Assembly: GCA_951406725.2 (NCBI GenBank)
Contig: OX597824.1
Coordinates: forward strand, 56,854,001-56,918,000
Length of the DNA: 64,000 nucleotides
Direction: 5' to 3'
Source: Octopus vulgaris
Taxonomy: Eukaryota
Shown: piece after piece, positions 1-15,620 of the stretch
How positions within the stretch are numbered: position 1 is the stretch's first letter
Layout of the letters: each line of letters opens with the position of its first letter
The notes under the pieces: generated by a model
Seen by the model: the letters and a program-made list of their open reading frames with translations, nothing else
Databases searched by the model: none
What the model was told of the DNA's origin: nothing
Made by a program: the position numbers and the translations under genes

Positions 1-299
1 AAAATATCAAGTACTGGGATCGATGTAATCGACTTGCCTGCTCCCACCAAATTTCAGGTCTTGTGCCTATAGTAGAAAGGATTATTATTGGCGAGTTAGA
101 ATAATCGTAAGCACACCGGGAAAAATGCTTAGCGGCATTTCGTCCGTCTTTACATTCTGATTTCAAATTCCGCCGAGGTCGACTTTGCCTTTCATCCTTT
201 CGGGGTCGATGAATTAAGTACCAGTGAAACACTGGGGTCGATGTAATCGACTAGTCCCCTCTCCCACCAAATTTCAGACTTTGTGCCTAAGTAGAAACG

Positions 300-329
<30 letters not shown>
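1..329 (+). mobile_element. Two tandem SINE copies (3' fragment 1-89; near-complete copy 90-300) with (TTA)n tail
   Basis: Shared motif gtactgggatcgatgtaatcgact...ccaccaaatttcag..ttgtgcct..agtagaaa occurs twice; B-box-like gatttcaaattcc; same family recurs at 8290, 18205, 18420, 61640. Confidence 0.8.
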
Positions 330-3426
<3,097 letters not shown>

Positions 3427-3442
3427 CATCATCATCATCATC

Positions 3443-3848
3443 GTCTCTTTCACTTCTCTTTCCTTTTTTTTGCTGAGTGTTTTTCTGACACCTAGGGCTG
3501 AGAAACGCACTGTATACATTGGTAAGCCATTAAAATAAATACACCAGATTGTTCATTTACAAAGTTATGTGACTGAGAAAAAGGGCAAGAAAGACAGAGA
3601 GAGAAAACGGAAAAATAAAAAATAAAAAAGTAAACAAAGAAAATAAAGGGTAAAAAGGAAAGAAAATTCACCGCCGCAATGTACTTCTCAGAACATGTGA
3701 CGTACCAGCTACGACAATCATTTGCACTTGCTGCATGGATGGGAAGTCAGAGATTGTTCTTAGATAATTTTTAGTTCTCTTTTGATCATTCCAAGTGCTC
3801 CTATAATCATTGGTATCACTTTTCGATTTCGACAAGCAGATCTTTATA
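3443..3848 (-). mobile_element. Short 3' fragment of a second R4/Dong-like LINE
   Basis: Minus frames give KVIPMIIGALGMIK and QQVQMIVVAGTSHVLRSTL*; 3' UTR runs into the (GAT)(TAA) array; short TAA tract at the 5' junction. Confidence 0.7.
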
Positions 3849-4051
3849 TAATAATAATAATAATTATTATTATTTGCTGACGTGTTCAGACGCATTTTTA
3901 TATCACTCTGCTTCATACTACTGCGTGGAATAACTCTGAAAAGAAAAAAAAAATCAGTTACAGTTGTGAATATGGAAAGTTTGTTCAAGCAGGATTTAGA
4001 CGAAGAATGAAGTTTGTTTTGACACAGATTACATTTTACTTTATTCGTATA

Positions 4052-4135
4052 CACACGCGCGCGCGCGTGCGCATTGACACGCACGCACATGCACGAACGC
4101 ACGTACACGCACGCATGCACACACAAACACACGCG

Positions 4136-4217
<82 letters not shown>
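4052..4217. repeat. (CG)/(CA)n microsatellite
   Basis: Direct reading. Confidence 0.95.
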
Positions 4218-4218
<1 letters not shown>

Positions 4219-4329
4219 TGGGTAAATTGTCACCATTTTATATTTTTGATATCATGCATACACTTTGTTTATTTTTGGTTTTGTCGATTACACTGTATAG
4301 TAGGATCAATTGGGTACCGTCTGTGAGTA

Positions 4330-4720
4330 AAGCAACACCATGACACAATTCACTCTGCCAGGAATTTGGAAACAACATGCTGTGCTGCTTGGTATTCGCG
4401 CCGGAAGTCCCAATACGAACTTTTCAGAGTGTTTGGGTGTCAATCTGAGGACATGTACCGAGAGTGATAAAAATCAAACATCCAGTCAACATCAAGGTGT
4501 TTGGAGTGATCACTAGTGATAGTGACGTTATGCTTCCATTCATCTTCCCACACGGCCTCAGATTCAATACGGAAGCCTACATCAAGTGCCTGGAGGAAGT
4601 AGTGCTGCCCTAGGTGAAGAGTTCATATGATCTATCACAAAAGCGGGAGAATCCAGTCATGGCTGTCAGACAATTTCTGCGACCACATCACCCCTAACAT
4701 TTGTCACTGTTATTTTCATT
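4330..4720 (+). pseudogene. Decayed Tc1/mariner (maT/DD37D-like) transposase remnant
   Basis: KHPVNIKVFGVITSDSDVMLPFIFPHGLRFNTEAYIKCLEEVVLP*VK and HKSGRIQSWLSDNF...ITPNI match maT-type catalytic-domain motifs. Confidence 0.65.
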
Positions 4721-4958
4721 TTTGCGTAATTTAGACGACAATTTATTAACCCTGTATATATTTAAAAATGTTTTTGAAGTGTAAAGGTGATTTGTTACAA
4801 AGAATTATTTTTTAAAAATGTTATGAAATCTTTTATAAGGCTGTTACTAACCTTTTTTTGGGAAGAAGTAATTTTCTAGTGTGTGAGCGCTTTCGTTTAA
4901 CCTTACATAAATGTATGTATGCATATATGTATGTATGTATATACGCAATTCCAGCAAT

Positions 4959-5070
4959 GGCTCTGATGAAAGTAGCATTAATTTTCTTAGCTCGTTCAAT
5001 TTACCTCAATTAATCAAGAGACCAATTGAGTAAACCTATCTATAATGACTACGGGAAACAGCTGCAAGCC
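4959..5070 (+). ncRNA. Type I hammerhead ribozyme motif with long stem II (cleavage-site U mutated to C)
   Basis: ggct-CTGATGA-[gtag..cattaa...taatg.ctac with internal hairpin]-GAAA-cagctg-CA-agcc. Confidence 0.65.
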
Positions 5071-5121
5071 AAATTTGCTCTAATAAAGGAATTATAAGTA
5101 ATGACCATTATTTTAAACTTG

Positions 5122-5158
<37 letters not shown>

Positions 5159-6016
5159 CATACATATGTCTACAATGTTCGTAGCCACTTCAACATGGCT
5201 GTTCCGTTCGAACAGACTTTACTGTTATTTTTTAATCCCATGAGGACATCTTTTCTAGCTGGTTAACGATGCACAGCTTCATCCGATATATTGCGAGTAG
5301 GGCAGCGAACCCCTTCCATCTTCTAGCGACGGGATCAGCAGACCAGCCTGGCTTCGGGCTATTTCTGCCTCTTTTCAGGATTGGACACCTTGAGTGCAAG
5401 AGATGGCAGTAGCTTGCTTCTGCTCGTAATTTATATAAATTTTGTTTGTTATCTTTCTCTCTCTCCCCCTCTCTTTCTTTCTTTCGCTCTCTCTCTATCT
5501 ATATTTGAAAATCTAAGAGAATTACTTAATACAGTTTTGAAGTTTAAAGGTGATTAAAAAAAAAAAAAATGTTATGAAATCTTATTTCAGGTTGTTACTA
5601 ACCTTTTTAGGAAGAAGCTTTTTTTTCTAGTGTGGGAGCGCTTTCGTTAAATCCAGGAAAAGATAAAGATATTTGAGGTTTAATGTTTTGAAAGCGTTAT
5701 GGTTTGACAGTGATATATAAATTTATTTAATATTGTTCCATATCTGTATCTATAAACATGTTTCTAGCAGTCGTTTCTCCCTAAGAGACATATAATTCAC
5801 TAGTATAGTCAGGTTATACTTGAATATAAATTAAGGAGAGTGTAAGAAAAAATGGAGAAGTTTGACAGTATATGTATCCAGTAAGACAGATCTAAACTAG
5901 ACAAATACACACACAAAGGAAACGTCTGGAAAAGATGAACTTCTTGTATTACCTGGATTTAAAATTCGAAAGATTTACCGTTGCAGATGAAAGAAATACG
6001 CAGAATTTAATCTTGA

Positions 6017-8268
6017 TACTGGTCAACATAATTAAATGTATAATATTCATTATGAATGAAAACCAACTTTTTTAGACTAATTTTTCATGCTGATTTCAAA
6101 ATTTTATACCAGCACGTATCAGTTTTTCAGTAGATATATGCAAATATTTACATATCTGTATATATGAAATCATTAACGTAATAAATAAGGACATATTATT
6201 TTTAGAAAGTAAATGAGTTTGTTGAGTTAAAAATCATCACTATCATATTACAAAGAGTGAATATGCAAAAATGGGTCAGACAAAACAGACATAGTTTGGA
6301 TTTCCTGCGGTGTTCTTGATATGGTTGATCACGGTAAAGTGTCCAGCAGTAGTCAGCCAACATACTGTCATTCCAGAAACCTCGGCACTGTTTCTCCGTA
6401 GCACTAATGTCCTGATGAAATCTTTCACCATGTTCATCAGACACTGCTCCAAGGTTATGCGACAACCCATTGCTGAGTAACATTTCAGAAGATTCTTGAT
6501 GCCATAGTTGTAGTCTTGTTGCTCCATAAATTATCACAGATCCAATTGAAAGCATTCCAGGCAGGAAGTTCCAGTTCATTCAGTGTTATCTTGAAGTTGA
6601 CATCTTTGGAGTACTTCCCTAATTTGGGGTCCGACAAAGATACCCTCTTGCAACTTTGCCTGTGTGATTTTGGGAAACCTTTCTACAAATTGTTTCATCA
6701 GTTCAAGTTTTATGTGTAAAGGAAGCAATAGGGCATTAGATGGATCATCTACAAGAGGTGTATTCTTGACGCTAGACTGTCCTGGCTGGTATGGTTTCTT
6801 GTCTGCCAGTTTGATTCTGAATAATGTCTGTCAGTTGCCCGATAGACACAAGAAACAACAGTATTTTGTGAAACGTGACTGCATTCCCATTAACATTCCA
6901 ATGACTTTTAAATATCCACATATTCTCCATGAGTATCTTTCATAGGCAATGACATGAAGTAAAAGTTCCATATTCTCATACGATTCATGAAGATGAACGG
7001 TGTGTGCAATAGGAATGGAGGGCTTCAAATTACCTTTATGGAGAAGTACCGTTTTTAAACTGTTTTGAAGAGTCAATAAACAAACGCCACTCTACTGGAT
7101 CATGATATTGTGATAAACATTTGAAAAGTCCATCGATGTTACTGCAAAAGCAAAGCGAGCCTATAACAGAAAAACAAGTTTGTAGAACCACATTTTTCTG
7201 CAGAAAATAAGTTATACGAACATCATGTTCTAGCAGATTCTTCTCCTTCAGTATTGATACCAACAGTCCTGCTTTATCTTTTGAGAGGGATAGGTCTCTG
7301 ACAAGGTCATTCAGTTCAGCTTGGGAAAATTTCTGAGGTTCAAAGCTATCGTCATCAGTCACGTAATCTTCCTCAGCAGCACTATCGTGACAGTCAGCAT
7401 CATCATCTGATGTTTCAATACCATCATCTGGTGGAACTGGAATTGGCAGACTTCCATTGTGAGGCACAGGTCTCATTGCAGAATCCAAATTGGGATACAC
7501 AATTTTGTGTTTATTCTTCATAGAAAATCCTGTGACATTTACTTTGCAAAAATAACAGTCTTTCGGTTCCCTCCATAACATTAGAATGGAAAAAGGCATG
7601 GATTTCTTATTCTTATTGAACCAGTCACGTAAGCCATTTGAGCAAGCTGAGCAGATAAAATGTGATGCCCATAACTTGTCCTGATTTCCAAGAGGACAGT
7701 CAAAGTATAGCTTATAAATCTTCTTGATCTCTAGTGTTATTGTACGTTTTTGAGCTTTCACAATAAGTTGTCCACAGACATAAAACACATCAGGACGATT
7801 TCTACAGTCTTGATATTGTTTACACTGTAAAACAAGTAAGGAAATAGATACAAACGGTTATACATATATTAAATTTGTGATGAAATATTTCATCAGATTA
7901 TGATTGGACAATTTGAGATATTGAAATACCTATTTCATCAAACAAAACTTGATTGGTTAATTTAAGATGGTGAAATATTGCACCTGAACTATGCAGCAAT
8001 GAATAATGTAGTTTATTTTAAAGGTGTGTTTCCATGATGTAAATGAAATATATGCATACACGTCATTAATTGGAATTTCTATATAATGCATGAGCTAAAA
8101 CCAAAAAAAATTCTCATTTTGAAAACGGTGTGTGATGTCAAAAAACTAATTGTATATATTTGAAATCAGCATTAAAAACTACACTAAGTACACTTTGACA
8201 TAGTATTTTTCATCAAGCATAAGTACACTTTGACATATGCTTGATGAAAAATACTTTGTTGACCAGTA
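6017..8268 (-). mobile_element. Chapaev3-like (CMC) DNA transposon, full length with TIRs
   Basis: TIR TACTGGTCAACA at 6017 and its reverse complement ending 8268; subterminal inverted motif atgctgatttcaaa; internal transposase. Confidence 0.8.
6280..7812 (-). pseudogene. Chapaev3-like transposase, frameshifted with internal deletions
   Basis: CRNRPDVFYVCG, QDKLWASHFICSAC, WREPKDCYFC, ELNDLVRDLSLSK, WRLFIDSSK/SLKTVLLH, FTKYCCFLC, NLGAVSDEHGERFHQDI, LADYCWTL across ORFs 7036-7788, 6831-7076, 6202-6579. Confidence 0.8.
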
Positions 8269-8289
8269 ATATTATTACGCCCCCTTTTA

Positions 8290-8512
8290 AGGCAGTGAGT
8301 TGGCAGACTCGTTAACACGCCGGGAAAAAAATGCTTAACGGCGTTCTGTCCGTCTTCGGTGTGAGTTAAAGTACTTCCGCAGTCGATTATTGCTTGTCAT
8401 CCTTTCGGGGTCGATAAAATACGTATCAGTTGAACACTAGGGTCGATGTAATCGACTTATACTCTTCTCCGAAATAGTTGGTCTTGTGTCAAAATTTGAA
8501 ATCAATATTATT
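8290..8512 (+). mobile_element. tRNA-derived SINE (same family as 90-300)
   Basis: ggcagtgagttggcagactcgttaacacgccggg...catcctttcggggtcgataaaat...gggtcgatgtaatcgact. Confidence 0.75.
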
Positions 8513-8690
8513 TCTACTTCTCTTATTCTACTTTCATTTACAATAAAGACTTTAACCTGAATGATTTGTATCTGTTCGCTTTTACCAATGAAGGATAGAC
8601 TGACAGAAATATATTTTTGACTACAAATAGGAAAGAATTTAGAAATTATAAAACAAATTGAAATTTCTTCGCGTTCTTCGTTACCTTACA

Positions 8691-8742
<52 letters not shown>

Positions 8743-11700
8743 TGTATGATTTTAGTATAAATATTGGTCAATTTCAGAATATTCCGGCATTTCAATGTTA
8801 CACACAATGGGATCGAACTGCGATTTCATGGTTGGTGAGTGATCTTGTTAATTATTTGGTTATAATGAAGCATACTCGAGTGTCTTGCATGATGCCTTGA
8901 AATATATGAAAGAGAGAACATTTATAAGGTGTGGGGTGGTGGTGCTGATGTTTTGCTGTCTGAGGGAAGTAGTTGCATAAATGAAGATGGGATTTACGCA
9001 GGAATAGACCACGAGTTCTTTACGATGCTGTTGTATGTGTCACAACATGTTTTCTTGAAGAGATACATCGTATCTAGAATGGAATGGTATAAAGTATGTG
9101 GTATGTTCTAGGATATTTATAATAACATTCTAGAATATACGATAGCGAATGTATTCGTTGATATAACAACATGTCTGAAATATATGATATATGGTAGAGG
9201 TTATATCCAATAATGATTATAACAACACGTCTAAAAACGAAGGAGATATGTAGAAGATACTGTAGTTCTTGCGAGATAAAAATGAATATCCACCTATAGA
9301 CACACGCAGACACGCAGCATACGCACACATATATACACATTTACCACTTCTCTATATATGTACACATAGATATAATGAAGGGCAGAGAGAAAGGGAGTAG
9401 GAGAAAAAGAAAGAGAAAAAGCTAGAAAAAAGAAAGAGAAAGTGAAAGAGAGAACGTGAGAGAGAGACACAGAGAGATAGAGAGAGAAAGAGAAAGAAAG
9501 AGAGAGAAAGAGAGAGGGAACATCCTGACAATGCCTAGCTTAGTTGAATTCTAATTAGCTACATAAAACAAAGATTACAGATCGCAGTTTTGTAGGAGTG
9601 GAAGGGTGGATCAACTGATTAGCAGATAATCGGGTTGATAGAAGGGTATGATAAAAATGAACAAGATGAATAAACAAATAAAAGAAAAACAAAAATAAAC
9701 AAAAAAGCCCTGACAATGGGTTTAATTTGAAAAACATTTCGTCTGGAATTTCTTGTTGATATAACCATAGGAGATCGCCATCTTTGTCGACTGTAGGTGT
9801 GGAGGAAGTATTACTGGTTGAAGAGCGGGAAAAGATGAACTGAAAAGAAGCTATTTTGAAAAAAGAGAGAGCATTGTTGTTGGTTGCCAAGATGATGATG
9901 TTGTCGCCGATCATCATCATCATCGTCTTTGTCGTCATCATTTTCGTTGTCGTCGTCGTCGTCGTTGTCATTGTCGTCTTCATCATCATCATCGTGGTCG
10001 CCGTCGTTGTCATTATCATTATCATTATCATTATATAGGCATGGTTGAGGACCTTTACATTAGATTTTATAACTATGTACCAACTTTCAAATATCCAAGC
10101 AAGCAGACATCTACAATATTAGCAGGTCATGTGTGGGTTTTGGAAGATTATGAGACTGACTATAACAAAGGTCCAAAACGTGCAGGTTTTGTGTAGCAGA
10201 GATGAAAATTCTAGCAAACTTAAGAACTGTCTCAATTCTAAAAATGAAATTTTTACAGACAAGTCCTCAGCGGTCAATTGGAAAGTCCAACCTGCGAAGA
10301 TCAACTTCTAGTTTTCTCTTTATTTCCTCTTTTCTATTATTACACTTCATTTTTCTTTTCCTACAACTGTCTAGTACTACCTGGTTTCCAACGTACTTAT
10401 GCACGTGAGCATGAGCTGGAACATCATTATTGCCATAACTACTACTGACTTTATAGATGTCCAAAATAATATCGATTTGTGGGCGTAGACACACGGACTG
10501 CTTACATATATAAACATTATCCACTAATTTAACTCGACTCTAATCCTTATATAATCTTGATCCAAGTTCCTTTGATATTATTTTAACAGTGGAGAATCAA
10601 ATTATTTTCAGAATTGAAGTCCCTGGGGCACACATTTTGCCATGTATTAAGAATAATTTTATTCACCCTATCTCGGAATAAATTCCAATTAATCAAAAAT
10701 CTAGCTTCTATGGTAATTAATGGTAATTAATATAACTTGTAATCTTGTAATCTATACAATATTATATCTTACTGATACTTCAGTGTTAATGTTACGATAT
10801 TACTCAATATCCTATGATAGAGCTAATTTATATATGCATATATCACAGTGCTACTATAACATTAAGACATTTGAGTATATAGAAAATGAGACTAAGGCAA
10901 TTGAAGTATAATTAAACATAATATATTGAATATAATATGTGTAAGCATGTGCGTGTTTGTGTGTGCATGCGTATGTGTGTGCATATATATGCATATGTGC
11001 GCGCGCTCATTTGGATTTATGAAGGGACACGACAATTGTACTCAAAGCATCTATCTTGTACGATTAGTTATTTAAATCTACCTCCGATTTACTGAGTAGA
11101 ACGTATAACGATGATTAGTAGCAACAGAGTGAGACGTGTGTGTGTGTGCGTGGTGTGTGTGTATATGTGTGTACATGTGTGCATGTGTATGCGCGCGTGT
11201 GTGTCTGTGTGTGTGTACATGTTTAGAGGTGTATGTGCGGTCATGCTTTGACATCGGCTAGATAGCTCGAGCAAACATTTTAATAAGATTCTCTTGTAAG
11301 TACTTAAAACCTCTTAACATTTCAAACCATTTTCTGCATGTTTACTCTGGTGTTTTGGAGCGAGTGGAGGGCTGGAGGAGTGGAAGGGTTAGACTTAGTG
11401 CGGAGGTGGAAGTGAAATATTTATGGTGTACGGTGCAGGGGTGTTTGACAAGAGAACAAAGCTGGGGTTGGGGTTTGGGGAAGTGTAGACTATTCCAGAA
11501 GGTCGGCGATTGTTGGTGTTAGACAAGAAAATTATACATCAAGAATTCAGTATCGTTGCGTTGGAATTTGAATTTTCGTATTAAATGACAAAATGGTGGT
11601 GGTGCTGGGTATGATGATAGTGGGTATAATGGTGGTAGAAGCAGTAATGGTGGTGGACATGAGGGTGGTGATGGTAGTGGTGGAAGTGGTGCTGATAGCG

Positions 11701-12199
11701 GTGGTGGTAATAGTGTTGGTGATGATAGTAGTGGTAGTGTTGGCGCTAGTGATGGTAGTAGCAGCGACGGTAGTGGTAAGGTTGTGTTCCTGTTGTTGTT
11801 GCTTGTGGGGATGATGGTGGTGGTGATGATGGTGTAGTGGTAGTAGTGTTGCTACTGACAACAGTGATGGTAACTGTGGTGTTGATAGTAGATTTTTTAG
11901 GCATATTTGGCTGTTATTTCTAGTACACAGTATCTGGGATGGTGGTACAATCACAAATTATACCAGGGACCAGTCCTTGGGTAAACTCGATCAAGAGCTC
12001 AAGAGCTCAATGTAGAATATGCAAGGATTCCATTGTTTCGGAATACAAAACTAGAAGAATATGATCTTGACCGCTGGGTAGGTGCAGTGTAGAAAATATA
12101 TTTATTACGTTCAGCAACAATTATCTCGAAAGTCCTCAATACAAAACAAAGAACAAATATAAAGAGCCGAAAAAACATCTATTCAGAAAAGACACAAAA

Positions 12200-13430
12200 T
12201 ACTGCACATCGCGGCTGTTATCAGAATTTCGCAACGATCTGCCTCCTTTGCAGAGAGTCGTAACATGCTGTAAAGGTAGGCACTGAAGTCCATCTCGCCC
12301 AAATAGTTCGTCCCAAATAGTTCAGCGAAGTGCTGCTGAAATACCTCCTACATCGAACTCAAGTAGCAGGTGCCCATTTTCGTCCACCAAAGACCGAATT
12401 GTGGCTTTGTTGCTATGTTGCGCCTCTGCCACTGGGGCCCATCGAACGACTTTCGTCCCCTCGTTTTTTATAACAAGCACCTTAGTTCTGACAATGCATC
12501 TTCGTGCTTAGCATCGAATTATTGGTCCAAGGTCAATCTCGCCGCGAGCGCGTAGGTTACAATACCTTTTTTGAGTGCCTCTTCTAAGTTTCTTTTATAA
12601 CGTCCTCTTCATAATCCTTTACTCTCGAAAGATACTCTGCCACCGCACACTGAAAGTACTCGGGCAATCCTTTAACTTCTGTTATATTCACTTTTATCGC
12701 TTTGTCCCACGAGTCTATCTAATTATATAAAGTTTTTCATTTTGTCCGTTGTACAGTATAACATATTTTTCTTATAGGGCAAGGGTGGGAAAGTTTTGGG
12801 CTCCTGTATGCTTGTGCTTGTCTTTGTGTCAGGTAGGACATGCAGACGGTTGGTGTCTATAGGGGAAGGTTGGAGTAAAATGTGCGTGGGTGGGAGTTGA
12901 GTGGATGTGGGATTATGGTCATCATTTACAAAGTGTGCTTTTTTACTTCTCTTTCTTCTTTTTTCCCAGCCGTTTTCCACCCGTTCTTTCCCTCGTTTAC
13001 CTCCTCTTCCTCGGCGCTGGTACTGATTTTCGTTGGTGGTGAAGCCGCGATTTCCTTCCTGCTCTCGAGTTTCTCTTTAGTCTTCACGGGTGGTGGAGGA
13101 AAGTCCGCTCTAATGTGGCCTTTAAGGCCACATTTGTAGTATCGCGGGATCCTACATTCTACTCTGACCCTGAGTGTCACCTCTTCGACCGTGATGGTCT
13201 CGACCATGTTTTCAAGGTCTCCGGGGCCGCCTGGATTTTCATATTTAGGCTCCGCCCTTAGTTCTTATCCTGATGGCCTGGAGGACCATTACCTTCTCTT
13301 CCGTGCCCAGCCGTATGGCAGCTGCTAGCCAGGCTACATAAATTTCTGGGGGGGGGGATATCTTCTACCCTAACTCTGGAGGCACGTCTCCCAAGGTATA
13401 TGGGTAGAAGCACCACTTCATGAAATAAAA
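12200..13430 (-). mobile_element. L1/Tx1-clade LINE fragment (ORF1 zinc knuckle, then ORF2 region between EN and RT)
   Basis: RYYKCGLKGHIRAD (degenerate CX2CX4HX4C) in 12926-13207; KATIRSLVDENGHLL...VFQQHFAELFG...LSAKEADRCEILIT in 12200-12450. Confidence 0.6.
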
Positions 13431-13439
13431 TCCATCTTG

Positions 13440-14300
13440 TGTAACATCATTTGGGAGCTGTCAGTAACTGTTCAAGATGTAAAATTGAAATCGGAGAATG
13501 ACAACTTCATGGCAAAGATGAAAGAAACGTTGATGGTAAAATAAAACATACGTAACACAAATGCGAACCATTTTTCTCTGTGTGATAATGTGTTGATGTA
13601 CGCACAAAGAGCTGCAGTGCCAGCCGCACTACAAAAGCATGTTTTCAGTGAATTTCATATGGGACATCCAGAGATTTCAAGAATGAAATCAGTAATGGGG
13701 AGTTACATGTAGTGGACCGTGATATTGAACAATTGGTGAAATCCGGCAGAGGTTGTGCTCTCGCAGCAAAGTCACAACCGGTGAAATTCCCACCGTGACC
13801 TAAGGCAGACAGTCCGTGGTCCAGGACTACATGTAGATTTTGCTGGACCAGTAAACGGTGCGTATTATCTGATCATAGTAGACAACTATACCACGTGGCC
13901 AGAGACATGTAAATGCAGTCAACCAACCTGGAAAGTAACAATAAGGTTCCTTCACGAACTTTTTGCACGATACGGTGTCCGAGACACCATAACGTCGGAT
14001 AACGGTACGTAGTTTTCAGGATACGGATTAAAAAATTTCTGTGAGAGGTATGCAATCAGTCACATCTCTGCTCCACCGTCCTACATAAGATCAAATGGGC
14101 AAGCACAAAAGTTTGTAGACACATTTAAGCGAGCACTAAAAAAATCAGGGAATGAATTGGACAATGATGCGGCACTAACACAATTCTTAAGGGTTTACAG
14201 GGTAACACCTAATCCGAACATCTGTTCAGACAAGTCGCCCGCAGAAATAATGTTTGCCCGGAAGATAAAATCAATTTTTGATAAATTGTTACCTACAAAA
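13440..14300 (+). pseudogene. Ty3/Gypsy LTR retrotransposon integrase remnant
   Basis: FHMGHPEISRMKS (zinc-binding region), LHVDFAGPVNGAYYLIIVD, LFARYG..ITSDNGT, SNGQAQKFVDTFKRALKK, YRVTP..KSPAEIMF; stops and frameshifts. Confidence 0.85.
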
Positions 14301-14529
14301 AACAAAAAAACAAAAACAAAAAAAACCAACTTATAGACCATAAATTTGTGATCTGCGCCGTCAACCTAGATAACTTTCGTTGGCAGGGATCCGGTTACTG
14401 GAAGCTGAATGTGCTACTCTCGGTGTGTCAAGCTTACAGAGATCAGAGTAGCATACTAGTAGGTTCAGTAAGGCATTAACGATAGAAATAGAATAGAAGG
14501 AAACTTAGAAACTATTATGGCAAGAATAT

Positions 14530-15104
14530 GACACCTCCTGTGAGAATGGACTGGCTGAACTCGTACAAGTAGCAGCGTGTTTTGACAGAGAGTGAGAGAT
14601 GAGAAATTGCAGGAAGAGGAAAGGTGTCGTTCGTGAGTTCGTGGAGTCGCAGGAAATTGTTGAGAAGTTGTTGTAATTCGCTGAGAGCTGTTTTGGGTTG
14701 GTTACAGTTGTTGGCAGAGTATTTGGGAATACATCAAGTAGAGACAATTGGTGTCTACCCCATTCCATGGTACTATATACTACACTGTATTAGTGTGATA
14801 TATAGTAAGGACACTAAGGTGACATGTGCAGAAACCACGTTATTAAAGTGGCAATGAGTGATTTGAAGCTTATGTTGGTCATTAACAATTTTTTATAATA
14901 CAAAATATTCGTTGATTATAGAAGACCTATTAGCTGACATATTACAGTTGCAACAGCAACAGCAGCAACATGAATTGCGACAGCAACAGCAGCAACAGGA
15001 GTTGCACCAACAACTACAACAGCAACAGCTACAATTCAATGAGTTGCTGGATCTGATGTTGAAATCGAGAAACACCACAAGATCGTTTTCACCAGTGGCA
15101 GCAA

Positions 15105-15136
<32 letters not shown>

Positions 15137-15145
15137 CCACAGTAA
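14530..15145 (+). mobile_element. Probable Gypsy LTR remnant + PBS-like site + Gln-rich gag N-terminus
   Basis: agtggcaatgag (~14847) resembles the TGGCGACGAG PBS; followed by IEDLLADILQLQQQQ-rich ORF typical of a gag start. Confidence 0.4.
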
Positions 15146-15299
15146 CAATAATAATTTCTTTTATGAGACACAAGAGCAGAAATTATGGTTACATCACAAG
15201 GACAGACAACGATTTGTGTGGGGATTTACATAAAGGATGAGAAGAAAGAACTGGACGAGACAGTAAGATGCGATAAGGGTGTACATAGTATACAAAAGA

Positions 15300-15620
15300 G
15301 TGTAAAGACCCTTTCGGTCATGAATGACCATGGGATCGCACCTAGAAAACTCCTCTCCGAGGCACAAGTCCGGTTGATGGAAGACCAACAGTCAACCATG
15401 CCTACCAGCCTCCCCTCTCCACTCCACTAATGTTATCCAAGCGAAATGTAAAGGCCGATACAGCTTGCACTAGTGACGTAACTCATTTCTACAGCTGAGT
15501 GAACTGGAACAACGTGTAATAAAAGTGTCTTGCTCAAGAACATAACACACATAGGCCGGTCCAGGAATTGAATTCATTGCCCCTTGATTGTGAGCCCGAC
15601 GTTCTAACCGCTGGTCCATG
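15300..15620 (-). mobile_element. tRNA-headed SINE
   Basis: Minus 5' end gcatggaccagcggttagaacgtcgggctcacaatc...gaattcaattcctggacc (A/B boxes) followed by tgttcttgagcaagacacttt core. Confidence 0.7.

Noticed and set aside
9050-9090. TTGAAGA-gatac.atc.gtatc hairpin resembling a hammerhead half
   Set aside because: No GAAA/UH closure or stem I
10119-10311. Short ORFs on both strands in unique-looking sequence
   Set aside because: No recognisable motifs or convincing splice signals
11547-11954. Thr/His-rich or Val-rich ORFs (also 9856-10038, 47127-47687, 60771-61241)
   Set aside because: Degenerate trinucleotide low-complexity sequence (GGT/GAT/GTA) with no domain or splice evidence
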